Source: Pirellula staleyi DSM 6068
GTDB taxonomy: Bacteria > Planctomycetota > Planctomycetia > Pirellulales > Pirellulaceae
Reading direction: 5' to 3'
DNA length: 32,000 nucleotides
Assembly (NCBI GenBank): GCA_000025185.1
Contig: CP001848.1
Location: 2,250,001-2,282,000, forward strand
The notes under the pieces were generated by a model. The model did no database searches, was not told the DNA's origin, and saw only the letters and a program-made list of their open reading frames with translations. Shown here piece after piece: positions 1-10,700 of the stretch (position 1 is the stretch's first letter; each line of letters begins with the position of its first letter). Both the position numbers and the translations under genes were made by a program.

Positions 1-2330
1 CGAAATTCACGGCAAAAGCACGTCCACCCACTTCATGGAGTCGCGACATTTTGAGGAGCACGATGCCGAATTTGTCGGATGCTTCGTCGGTGCACCAGAT
101 TTTTGCATCGCCATCGCTACTCGCGGTGACAGCCAATTTTCCGTCGCTCGAAAAGTTCGCAGCGGTGATAGCGCCGTGAGGACTGAAGGTCTTCTCGAGT
201 TCGCCTGTCTCGGCGCTAAGGAGGCGTCCCTGGCTACCACCGACTGCCAAGATGCTCGCCCCGTCGTGCGAACTAATCGCCGACCAAATCGTGCCGCGCA
301 AACTCTTGCCCGACCATAGCGGTTGCACCTGAGGCGATGCCATGTCCCAGGTCCAAAGGACGCTCGTATCACCCGTGGTGGTTGTGAGTAGTGCTGACGA
401 TTGGCTGGGGAGCAGGCTGAGACCGGTCGCTGTGCTTCCCGGAATATTGATGTCGCATTCGATGGCTTTAGCGGTGTCGATATCCCAGCTGTAGAGCCGG
501 TAGCTATCGTCCCCGGACGAGCACATGGTGATCGCCCGCTTGCTATCGGCCGTGAGCAGCAGATTGCGGACACCGTCGGGATGACGGAGTGTCAAGTTGC
601 CGAGTCGATTGCCGGTGGCGAGATCCCACTGCATCACGGTGTGGTCTTGGCTGGCGGTGAGCAGGCGACCTCCGTCGCGCGTGAAGGCGACTCCCGTAAT
701 GCCATAGCCAGGTTCGTGAGTGGCAATGCGCGAGTAGGTTTTCCAATTGCCGGTGCTCGGATCGCGTCGCCACAAATGGCATACGCCTCCCGAGTCCCCC
801 GTGCAGATGCGTAGATCACCCGTTTCGCTATCGTGCGAGAATGTGGCTGTCGAAACTTCGAATCGATGCGCGGCTAATCGAACTGCAGGCTTACTGAGGT
901 CGGCGAGCGACCAGAGTAAGGCATCTTTGGTATCACTGCCGGTGACGAGCCACTTTCCATCGTCCGAGAGGGCGATCACGCTGATGGTCCCTGTGCCATC
1001 GAAGCGGTGAAGTTGTCCACCGGTGGCGATATCCCAGAGGCGAACGGTGTTGTCACCTGCGCTGGTGATAATGCGCCGATCACCGGCCGGCATGAAGAGG
1101 GCCGAGGTGACGAGAAACTCGTGACCTTCCTTCAGTTCGGTGGCATTTTTCTGCTCGCCAGTGGGGCCACTGATTTCGAGCGGATCGTTATTGAGCGTAG
1201 CCAGCGGCTGACCCGTTCCCAAATTCCAAAGGATGGCACGTCGATCGCGCCCCGCCGTAATACAGCGATCACCCACCGTCGAAAAAGCGGCCCAAAGCAC
1301 CGCATTATCGTGCTGACGAAGTGTGCGTACCTCTTCGTACTCGGGAGTGTTCCAAACCTTCACGCGCTGATCGTGGCTTCCCGAAATTGCAAATTGTTCG
1401 TCGGCTGAAAAGAGACAAGAGCGAACCCAGCCACCATGGCCACGCATTGTTCGCACGAAGGTGGGATCGTCGGGCTTGGCGGTGAGATCCCAAACGCGAG
1501 CTGTGTTGTCGTGGCCGCCCGACAAGAGTTTTTTGCCGTCGAGCGAGAAATGGAGCGTCCGGACTTCGGCGGTATGGCCGACCAATCGCTGCACAGCGAT
1601 ATCACCCAGCGCGTTTTCGGGGATGGGACGACCGAGTCGCTCGAGTTCTAGCTGTCGCTCGACGAGTTTGTAGTCAAACACGCGCACGTCGGCGGGCTGC
1701 CAAACGAGAATTTCTTTATCCCGACCTGCCGAGGCGACCAGCTTGCCATCGCTCGAGAAGGTGGCGTTGTAAACAGCTTCCTTATGTCCGCGGAAGACGC
1801 GTGGTTTGGGAGGTCCTCCGAGAGTCCACATGCGCACCGTGGCATCGTCTCCCGCCGTCACGAGTTCATTGCCCGAGCTATCGAAACGGACACTCCAAAC
1901 AGGACCAAAGTGACCTCGAAAAGCGGCGATCATTTCGCCCGTGGCGAGATTGGTGACACGCGCCGTTTCGTCGCGCGAACTGCTGGCGAGCTTCGTCCCA
2001 TCGGGAGAAATCTCGACCGACAAAACACCGGCACGATGGATCGTAAAGTCTTGGGTGGGCGAAAACTGACCACTCGCCTGACGTCGGTAAATCCGCACAA
2101 TACCGCGCGGACTATCAATAGCAGCAGCCAGCAGCGAACCATCGCGTGACAGTGCAATTCCCGCCACAGAATCGCCCGTCGAGATCGATTGCAGATCAGC
2201 GAACTTGTTGGTGGCCCAGTCAGCTGTCCAGATCTTGATCTCACCTGCTGAAGTGCAAGCGGCAAGCAAATTCCCTTGCTCCGAACGGGCGAGCCCCTCA
2301 ACGCGACCATCCGAAGGGAGCGTCGTGACA
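1..2330 (-). other. WD40 repeat region, at least a dozen blades (enough for two propellers), located after the TM helix and therefore predicted extracytoplasmic
   Basis: Recurrent blades of the form GH...V..v.FSpDG..l.s...D.t.r.W.l downstream of the TM helix and coiled coil. The first blade follows ...YFRHWEWSHLRYLCG near 2330. Confidence 0.8.
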
Positions 2331-4669
2331 TCCAGTCCGCACAAATAGCGCAGGTGACTCCACTCCCAGTGACGGAAGTACGAGGTACTCGATTGCTCAT
2401 ACTGTGCCAGTAGACGATCGGCGTCTAAGAAGGAGTTGTTCGCAACCCGTTCAGCCGACACACCGATCTGGGCTAGATACGACGCAAGTGCTTCGCGCTG
2501 CTGCGACTCGCGCGCCAGCCGAGCTTCGTTGTCGGCCCGTTCTTTTTCGAGTTGCAGGCTATCTCGCTTCTTCTCGAGTTCGCCGCGCTGGCTTTCGAGT
2601 TCACCCTTTTGCGTCTCCAGGACGTTGTTTTGCTTGGCAATGTCGCCAGCTTGCTTGTTCAGCGTGTCGAGTGCCGATTTGAGGTTTTTGTTGGCATCGG
2701 CGGTTCGCAATGATTGTTCGCGAATCCAAAAGAATGCCCCAGTAAAACCGACAAGCAGAATCAGGATGAGAAGACCGGCGACGCGGCGAAGGCCGTCAAA
2801 TCGTTTTTGTCGAAACGCTCGTTCACTTTGCGCGAGTTGCAATTTGCGATGCAGCGGCGCTTGTTTCGGATCGCGAGGATCGAGCAGCGACACACCGAGG
2901 TCGAAGTCACCTTTGTCGAGCGCGCACTGGGCATAAGCCAGCCGCGCTTCGAGTTCACCAGCGACCGCTCGCGAGTTGCCAGGCCAAAGTTCTTTCGACT
3001 CCTGAAACGCGAACATCGCGCGGGCATAGTCTTGATAGTCGCGCGTCCGCGAAGCATGCGTCAGTTCTTCATCAGCACGGTTGGAAAGCACAATACTTTC
3101 CGAATGCGACAGGTATTGCTGAATCGCCTTCTGCAACTCCTTGACGCTGCCGGGACGCGCTTTGATGTCGGTGCTCATTGCTTGCATCGCGATATCAAGC
3201 AATTCACCCGACTTATCGGTCTCTTGAATCTCGTTGCGGGCTGCTGCGAACAAACATGCCATCACATCCTTGCCGTTGTGTGGCGGCTTTCCGGAGACGA
3301 TCTCAAACAGAATCGCGCCGAGCAGATAGACGTCGCTCGGTGGTCCGATCAATTCAATCGGGCCGGTGGCCATTTCAGGGGCCATGTAGGCGGGAGTTCC
3401 ACCCATGCTCGAGGTTTGCGAAATGCGCCCAGCACCTTCGATGTACATCGAGGTCGATAGAGCGATACCCCAGTCCATGACGAGCACTTCACCGAAGTCC
3501 CCGAGCATCACGTTTTCGGGTTTGAGATCGCGATGGACCACTTGTCGATCGTGAGCAAACGCGATGGCGTCAGCAACGCTCATCAAGATCTTCAAGTTGT
3601 CGGCGAGTGGCTTTTCACGAATGACATTCGACCATGGAATGCCGCGCACGCGCTTCATGGCGTAGAACAGCGTCCCATCGGCAGTGGTCCCCAGGTCGTA
3701 GATCGGCACGATGTTCGGGTGATCGAGTTCGCCGGTGACGACTGCTTCCGTAAGAAACTTGTTGCGGTGATCGCTACGACGCGCGTATTCCTCGCGCAGC
3801 ATCTTCAGTGCAACGGTGCGGCTGACGGAGGCCTGCATCGCGGCATAGACAATACCCACACCACCTTCGCCAATCACTTCGATGACCTGATACTCGGCCC
3901 GTTCGTAAAGTGCTTCCCCCGGCATCTGCACGCGATAGGTGCGGAGCAGCAGGTTCGAGACTTCATCTTCCCCTTCGGCAGGGCTCGCCTTGATGGTCGA
4001 CAGCGGAGTGATTGGCGCGGTGAGCGACTTGCCCCAAGCGTTGACCATTGCCTGTTCGGAGGGATTGCTCGGCGCGGATGGAATTGCCGACTTCCACGCA
4101 TCCGACGGTGTATTGCTGCGAGCAGGATTCACCGAAGGGAGATTGGCCGATGATCCAGTTTCGTCAGGAACATCGAGTGCGCGAACAGTCGGTTGATCGG
4201 GCGTTTTTTCGCGAGGCTTCGTCGGTGGTGGAAGTTCGCGGGGTGGCTCTTCGACAGGCTCACTCACGGGGGCTGCAGGTGGCGGAGCGGGACTACTCGA
4301 GGCTGAACTAGCCCCCCAAGTATCAGGCGTGCTCGACGTCGTCGGTGCTACCTTCGGTGGCAGTGGCACACTGTCACTCGGGATAAATCCTTGGGCATTC
4401 CCAAGAAACAGAGTGTGTGTCCGATTAGGTTCTTCTTTGGGACCACGCCCCGTGATGGTGCGGAGCACATCCTTGACGGTGAACTCGCGTTCCTCTTCTT
4501 CTACCTCTTCTTCAACTTCAGGTGGCGGAGGGCTGACGTAGCTACTGGGAATCGCAGGCGCAATGATCCCCGAGTTGTTGCCGGTCGCTTCGAACCCGCA
4601 ATGTGGGCATGGCTCGCCTTTGACGAGAGCTTTCTCGAGTGTTCGTTCGCAAAACTCGCAAAGTGCCAT
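1..4669 (-). CDS. Ser/Thr protein kinase with N-terminal zinc ribbon, one TM helix, coiled coil and C-terminal WD40 repeat array (3' end lies beyond the window)
   Basis: Absent from the ORF track because the frame (minus strand, coordinate mod 3 = 1) stays open to the window edge. No other listed minus-strand ORF uses this frame between 1 and 4669. Hand translation from the ATG (reverse complement of 4667-4669) gives MALCEFCERTLEKALVKGEPCPHCGF, a CxxC-x13-CxxC pattern. GEGGVG P-loop at 3854-3871. HRDLKPEN catalytic loop at 3512-3535, followed by VMDWGIA (DFG equivalent) and GTPAYMAPE. TM helix VAGLLILILLVGFTGAFFWI at 2723-2782. WD40-type blade endings were verified by translation, e.g. NTVRLWDI (~1020-1045), NTARVWDL (~1485-1510), QRVKVWNT (~1345-1370). 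The final codons at the edge read ...LLKMSRLHEVGGRAFAVNF. Confidence 0.9.
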   Translation of the reverse strand, partial: MALCEFCERTLEKALVKGEPCPHCGFEATGNNSGIIAPAIPSSYVSPPPPEVEEEVEEEEREFTVKDVLRTITGRGPKEEPNRTHTLFLGNAQGFIPSDSVPLPPKVAPTTSSTPDTWGASSASSSPAPPPAAPVSEPVEEPPRELPPPTKPREKTPDQPTVRALDVPDETGSSANLPSVNPARSNTPSDAWKSAIPSAPSNPSEQAMVNAWGKSLTAPITPLSTIKASPAEGEDEVSNLLLRTYRVQMPGEALYERAEYQVIEVIGEGGVGIVYAAMQASVSRTVALKMLREEYARRSDHRNKFLTEAVVTGELDHPNIVPIYDLGTTADGTLFYAMKRVRGIPWSNVIREKPLADNLKILMSVADAIAFAHDRQVVHRDLKPENVMLGDFGEVLVMDWGIALSTSMYIEGAGRISQTSSMGGTPAYMAPEMATGPIELIGPPSDVYLLGAILFEIVSGKPPHNGKDVMACLFAAARNEIQETDKSGELLDIAMQAMSTDIKARPGSVKELQKAIQQYLSHSESIVLSNRADEELTHASRTRDYQDYARAMFAFQESKELWPGNSRAVAGELEARLAYAQCALDKGDFDLGVSLLDPRDPKQAPLHRKLQLAQSERAFRQKRFDGLRRVAGLLILILLVGFTGAFFWIREQSLRTADANKNLKSALDTLNKQAGDIAKQNNVLETQKGELESQRGELEKKRDSLQLEKERADNEARLARESQQREALASYLAQIGVSAERVANNSFLDADRLLAQYEQSSTSYFRHWEWSHLRYLCGLDVTTLPSDGRVEGLARSEQGNLLAACTSAGEIKIWTADWATNKFADLQSISTGDSVAGIALSRDGSLLAAAIDSPRGIVRIYRRQASGQFSPTQDFTIHRAGVLSVEISPDGTKLASSSRDETARVTNLATGEMIAAFRGHFGPVWSVRFDSSGNELVTAGDDATVRMWTLGGPPKPRVFRGHKEAVYNATFSSDGKLVASAGRDKEILVWQPADVRVFDYKLVERQLELERLGRPIPENALGDIAVQRLVGHTAEVRTLHFSLDGKKLLSGGHDNTARVWDLTAKPDDPTFVRTMRGHGGWVRSCLFSADEQFAISGSHDQRVKVWNTPEYEEVRTLRQHDNAVLWAAFSTVGDRCITAGRDRRAILWNLGTGQPLATLNNDPLEISGPTGEQKNATELKEGHEFLVTSALFMPAGDRRIITSAGDNTVRLWDIATGGQLHRFDGTGTISVIALSDDGKWLVTGSDTKDALLWSLADLSKPAVRLAAHRFEVSTATFSHDSETGDLRICTGDSGGVCHLWRRDPSTGNWKTYSRIATHEPGYGITGVAFTRDGGRLLTASQDHTVMQWDLATGNRLGNLTLRHPDGVRNLLLTADSKRAITMCSSGDDSYRLYSWDIDTAKAIECDINIPGSTATGLSLLPSQSSALLTTTTGDTSVLWTWDMASPQVQPLWSGKSLRGTIWSAISSHDGASILAVGGSQGRLLSAETGELEKTFSPHGAITAANFSSDGKLAVTASSDGDAKIWCTDEASDKFGIVLLKMSRLHEVGGRAFAVNF
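3110..3895 (-). other. Protein kinase catalytic domain of the 1-4669 gene
   Basis: Runs from YQVIEVIGEGGVGIVYA through HRDLKPEN, DWG and APE to ...KARPGSVKELQKAIQ. Boundaries are approximate. Confidence 0.85.
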
Positions 4670-4768
4670 GACCAAACCTCGTCTTGCTTCCTACACGTAT
4701 CGGTTTCACGCGATGTCGCATCATGCGACGACCGCTGCTGGTTCATCGTTGTCGAGGATTACTGCGAT

Positions 4769-7700
4769 CTATCGTTCTGCTGGTCGTCGTTTGGCTTGCA
4801 AGCGACCCCGTCGCGACAGCCGCTCGCGACTATGGGCAATCACCGCGCCATCCACTGCCTTCTGCCAATCGCCATCGCTACCTGCCGAAGCGAGCACCAT
4901 CGCGATACCTGCTGTAGCAGGTACAAATCGAATCGGTGTCGCAGCAATTTCGTTCGCATCGGCTGCTGCAAAAACGTCCGACTGACCGAGGCTAGATTCA
5001 CGAACAGTTTCGCTGGCGACAAAATCGCTTGCGTAGGCGTGCGAGTCATCGACATAGGCATATTGCGTCGAGCTACCTGAGTAGTCGTCGAGAGAACTTC
5101 GCTCCAGCGGCGAAACCGCTGGACCCGTTGCATCGCGGAGCGGCGTCGTTGTTGGTGCGTTGAGTGTTGGTCCCTGCAGAGTAGGGCCGGTTGGTAGCGG
5201 TTCGGCCGCTGGCTCATTCACATCCTGCGGCGAGGTGCTAGTCGCTTTGGTAGGTGGCAGTTCGGTCGGCGAATCCTGTTCCATGGTCGGCACAGCACCC
5301 TCGTTCATCGGCGGTGGCGCGACAAACTTCGACGCTGGCTCCAGATCGCGGTTCTCTTCTGGCTCAAAGGGACGACCATCGCGGATCACCACATCCATCA
5401 CGCGCCGTTTTTCGCCACCTTCGAGAATCAAATAGAGGCGATAGCGATCGTCGGGCAAGCGACGGAAAAGAGCCGAAAGGTTCTTCAGCCACTCGACGTC
5501 GAGCGTGAGGACCACTTCTTCGAGGAAGTTCCCTTCGTCGTCGATCGGGGTGAGCAAACTGACTTGCACTTTGCGGACCGCGACACCATCGACATCGGCC
5601 TCGATGATCGGTGGCTCCACGGGGCTGAGCTGTGGAGGCTGAACATCGTTATCGGCTATCGGTACGAAATCGCGCGAGAACGCAATGAACCGGAGCGACG
5701 GGGCTTTGTAGTTGGTGTTCTGAATCGGCGGCACCAGCGAAATATTGCTCAGTACGACGTCGTTGCCCGAGCCGCCTGTGTAGAAAATATTGCTGCTGAA
5801 ATTGCCGATGCTCACCTTGCCATCGATATCGATCGACCCTTCGCCAAGCACGAACTGACCGATCACTTGCGAGTTGGGATCCATCATGTCGATCAGCGTG
5901 ATGTCGGAGATCGTTTGCTGCAGCGCTTCACCACCTTCGAGCGACAAGATGTTGCCCGTGATATCGAGCGAACCGAAGACTTGCAGCTGATCGTAGTCGC
6001 GACCAGGAATCTGATAAGGGGAATTGATGTCGAAAACGAACTCGGTTCCCGGACCGAATGTAGCGTTCCCCACCACAATGATTTGTCCCGCTTGTCCTTC
6101 GCCCATTCCGGGAGCGAGTGTGACAATCCCTGGAGCGATGAGATCGCCTTTCACAATCCCGTCGCCACCAAACGTCACGCCCGGTGACAGCACCGTCGAA
6201 TCAGTGAACCCGTCGAGGTAGAAGGTTCCTGATTGCAAAAAGATCGTGCTGTTTCCAGCATCCAAGGCGAGCAGTCGCAGCGTGGGACTAGCGGAATAGT
6301 ACTGATTGCCAGTCGAGATCGCTTCGACACCCGAGGTGGCCAGGATCATCGGATTCAGAGCGGAACCGATCTCGCCACCTTGTACGGGGTCGTAGTTTTG
6401 ATCGACTTCGCCGATTGCTACAAGCCGCACAATGCCATCGGGGGCCGTTTGAATATCAACACCACCCCCCAAGTTTCCGCTGATCGAACCCATCGCTTCG
6501 AGTGTAACGTTGCCTGCTCGCAAGGTTCCACCGTCGAGATCGATGTTGCTCATTACCCCCTGCACTTGCGACTGGGCGCGAAGAATCAGGTGGGCATTCA
6601 TGTCGAACAACTCGGGCTGAAAACCATCGAGGTTATCGAGCAGGATATCGCCATTGAGCGCGGTGAGTTGAATCGTCGCATCTTCGGAAGTGACGCTCAG
6701 GGCAAGAATCTGACTGCCGCGCAAGTCGCCGCCGTGGAAATTGACGTACGAGTCGCCACCGGTCGAATAGAGGCTCAGATCGCTGTCCCCCAGGTTCACT
6801 TCGAGCGGATTGTCAGCAGTTCCTGTGATGGCTGAAACGATTAAGCTTCCACCCGGAGCACTTACATCGATATCCACTACGCCGGTGCCACTAGTGACCG
6901 CATTGCTCGCGCTGATCTGCACACTGCGAGCGGTGATCATGGCGGCGTTGTTGAAAATGATGTTCGACCCGAAAAGCTCCCAGTCATCGTTCGTTGTGAA
7001 GATGTTCGACAGAATAACGTCGCCACCTCCGAGCTCGATAAATTGCGATTCGGCTCCGTTGGTGGTCAGCGTGCCAATGTTCAGCGTGTCGCCTGACTCC
7101 AGGTAGATATCACCACCGACGGAAGAGGTGCTCACGAAGAGCAAACCGGCCGTTAGTCCGCTTCCGGTGTTCACAGCGAACTCGTTCGCTTGAGCGCCGA
7201 TCATACCGCCCGCTTGCAGCGTGATCGAGCCTTGCGAGGCGCTCGTGTCGACGTCGTACAACGCAGCACCACTCACGATGTTGCGATTGGCATTCAGCAG
7301 AGCTTGAGCAGCCAGCAGTGTGGTGTTGTTCTCGAAAACGATGTCGGCATCAGTCGCGATCGCATTGAGCAGGAAGAAGTCGTTGTTGGTCGAAGAATCA
7401 AAACCTGCGGTGGAGTCGACATACAGCGAGCCATCGAGTGTGGTGAGCAAGATATTGCCAGTCCCACCCTGCAGGACGAGTGTTGCGAACTGACTCGTGT
7501 GGAAATCACCCGATTGCATGTTCAGTGCAACGCTGCTACCCGTAGCGATCACTTCGAGCTGCGTATCGGCCCCCAGGATCAGATCGATCGGGGTACCAAA
7601 CGTCCCAATGTTCTGGGCCTCGAGGTAGAGGTTATTCCCTGCCGTGAGGACTTCGATATCAACGGCGCCGTTGTTCCCGACGATGTTCCCATCGGCGACG

Positions 7701-10700
7701 ATGCTGACCGAGACGGCTCGTAGTGTCCCGGCAGGATTAAAAATCACATCGCTGGCGCTATTGAGTATCCAGTTATCGTCGCTGTTGATGTCGCTGTTAA
7801 TCGTGATCGTCGAGCCAGGATTCAGCGTTGCTACCGAAATCGTCCCCGTGCCTACATCGGTGGTGATTGTGTCGACGAGCAAACTGTCGGCACTTTCGAG
7901 ATAGACATTCGTTCCAGCAGCGGCTGTGATCGGAGTGAAGTTGTTGGGCAGGTCGATATTCAGGGAATTTCCCGACTCGCCAATATCCCCGGCTGCTGTC
8001 AAGTCGATTCCGCCCGCAGTGGTCCGAATGTCAGTCCCAGGATTCGATCCACCGAGAATTGAACCACCGGAATCGACAACCAGGCTCCCCACTTGCAAGG
8101 TTGTGTTGTCGAAGACCACATCGAAACCGGTGTTCGTAGTGAGTACCCAGTTGCCCGACGTCGAAGTTCCCGTGAATCCGGCGGCACTATCGACAATCAG
8201 ATCGCCATTCTCAACCAACAGATCGATTGTTACTGGCAATGCGTTGGTATCGAGTCCGACAAACTGACTAGTGAACAGGTCTCCGCCGTAGAAGCCGAGG
8301 TAGACATCAAACACGCTATCGATCTCGTAAGTGCCAGTTCCAGCATTCACCTCGAGTCGCTGATTTACCGTCCCGACATACGCGGAGCTGATAAAGATCG
8401 CGCCATTCGAGGCACTAGTGTCGATGTCGATCCCCGCAGTGTCGCTGTAGATCGTGTTGTTGGCGAACAAAAACGCCGTGTTCGCCGAGAGGCTTCCATC
8501 ACCTTGGAAAATGATGTTGCCGTTGGCAATCAGCCGCCAATCGTCGTTCGATCCACTGGGGTCGCTGATAATGAGATCGCCGTTGAGCGTACCGACCTCG
8601 ATCGTTTGAATGTCGGCTCCGGTCGAGATCTGCCCGAGATTAAACTGCGTGTCGGAGCGAACAAAAATATCGCCATCGGTTTCGCTTGTCGAAAGCGAGA
8701 CCACACCCGTCCCGGGATTGATTTTGAGGGGATCGCCCGGCTCGCCAATGCCCGACGCCGCAAAAATCGTGATGTCGCCATTGGTGCCGCTGGTATCGAT
8801 ATCGATCGGCGGATTGGCAGCCGAGGTGACTAACTTTCCACCCGCTTGCAAGTTCACGCTCGCGGCAACAAGCGGGTTGGCAATGTCGAGAATGATGTCG
8901 CTACCGGCACCCTCGGCGATGAATGTTAAGTTGTCGTCGAAGATATCGCTGGTGTTGCTGTCGACATCGATGGTGATATCGCCCGATCGTGTCTTGAGGT
9001 AGACATTCACCCCGACACCGACAGCACTGAAGAGGTCGAGTGTCGAAAGCGTGATGTCTCCAGCAACAATCTCGATCGCCAAATCCCCCACAGTTGCCTG
9101 TGCATAGAGGCCTGTAAAGGCTTGATCGAGGACCAGCAGATTGGTGGTGCTGCCAATCGATCCGGCGATAATCTCTATCTCTTGCAAGGCAGAGGTCGAC
9201 TTCAGGTCGTAGTCGTGCGTGCCACTGACAACATCATCCGTAGCGAACAAGAAGAAGATGTTGCCGTCGAGGAAGGTGTCGTCGACAAGCTCGATGTTCC
9301 CTTGTGACGAGAGGAGCCAGTTGTCGTTGGTGGACGACGATTCGACAAACCGCAGGTCGTCACCGCCGCCAAAGGTTCGCAAGTTGATGTTGTCGACGGC
9401 GCCAGCATTGGTGGTCATCAAGCCGACGTTGAAATTGGTGAGCGAGGCGAGGTTGATGCCACCCGAGGTAGCAGCCGTGGCGCGTACGATGCCATTGCCA
9501 GCAGCAATACGAACCGGCGCGTTAACTCCTACGCCCAGCTGCGTAATGAGGGTGATATCCCCATCGAAAGCGCTCGTGTCGATATCAAGCCCAAAGCTTT
9601 GCTCGATCAGTCCATCGACAGTGATTTTGACAGATGCCGCTTCGAGCGTCGGGCCTGTAAAGAGCAAGTTGCTCGAGCCTTCAATCACCCAGTTGTCGTC
9701 CGTCGTATCGACGAAGCCAGTGGTGTCGTCGAAAGTCAGGATGCCATTTTCGATACCGAGATAAATGGTGGATCCAGCGGCGCTGATGCTGAAGAGTGTC
9801 AGCTGCGAGACGTTAAAATCGCCATCGACAATCGAGATGCCGATATCGCTCCCCGATTCGACGGAAATGAACGCTCCAGCCTCGATGTCGAGTCGTAGCG
9901 CGAGGCCACCAGCATCGGGATTGCCGCCGACACTGGCGCCGGTAAGTGTGATCGCTTGATTGAACGAAGTGGCATCGATAGAGACCGTCGTGGCGGTGGT
10001 ATAGATGTTTCCGGTCGCAGTTGCGTCGAGCGAAAGAACGGTCAGTGGAGTCGCTGCGGCGAAGAGGATATCGGCGTTGGCCCCCGTCGTTTCTAGCAGC
10101 CAGTTGTCGTCATTCGTGCTGACATCGATGTTTGTCAGATCGTCGATCGTGATCTGGCCCGCCGCCGCTATCGAGACAGTTCGATTGGCTGGTAATCCGG
10201 TCGAGAGCTGCAGGTCTGAGAAGTCCAAGCTGCTATCGACGAAGTTCAGGAAAATGTCGCCGTCGAGTGCAGTAAACGAAACCTGCGTGCCACTCAGTCG
10301 ACTGATAGCAATCGGCAGCGTATCGGCACCGACATTATTGGCTTCGAGGATCAGTACCCCCCCGGTCGTACCGACGACGGCGATGTCGGTTCCTTGTCCA
10401 TCGGTGGTGATGTTGCTATCGGAAGTCATCACCAGTGTATTCACCGTCAGCGTGTGATTTGCGCCGACGAACTGAATGTCGCCGCTGGCATACACAACCC
10501 AGTTGTCGTCGGTGGTGACGGCGCTGGTGAAGCTGAGGGAAGATGTCGGCACCGAAATATTAACTGTCTGCTCCCCCGCAACCGTCGAGATCGTTCCGAG
10601 GTTGAGTACCCCATCGCTCTGCAAACTGATGTCGCCGGTTAGGTCGGAAGTTGTCAGATCAACAACACCATTGCCGGCGTTCACAATTATCGAATCCGCA

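Noticed and set aside
2714-4153. Plus-strand ORFs 2714-3460 (248 aa) and 3533-4153 (206 aa)
   Set aside because: They are antisense to the kinase gene. The minus-strand frame contains the canonical GEGGVG, HRDLKPEN, DWG and APE motifs. The plus-strand products are Arg-rich and show no motifs.
4715-4729. Hairpin GTCGCA-TCA-TGCGAC between the giant gene stop and the kinase start as a terminator
   Set aside because: The stem is only 6 bp with a 3-nt loop and no downstream U-tract on the minus strand. That is too weak to call, and the two genes may be co-transcribed.
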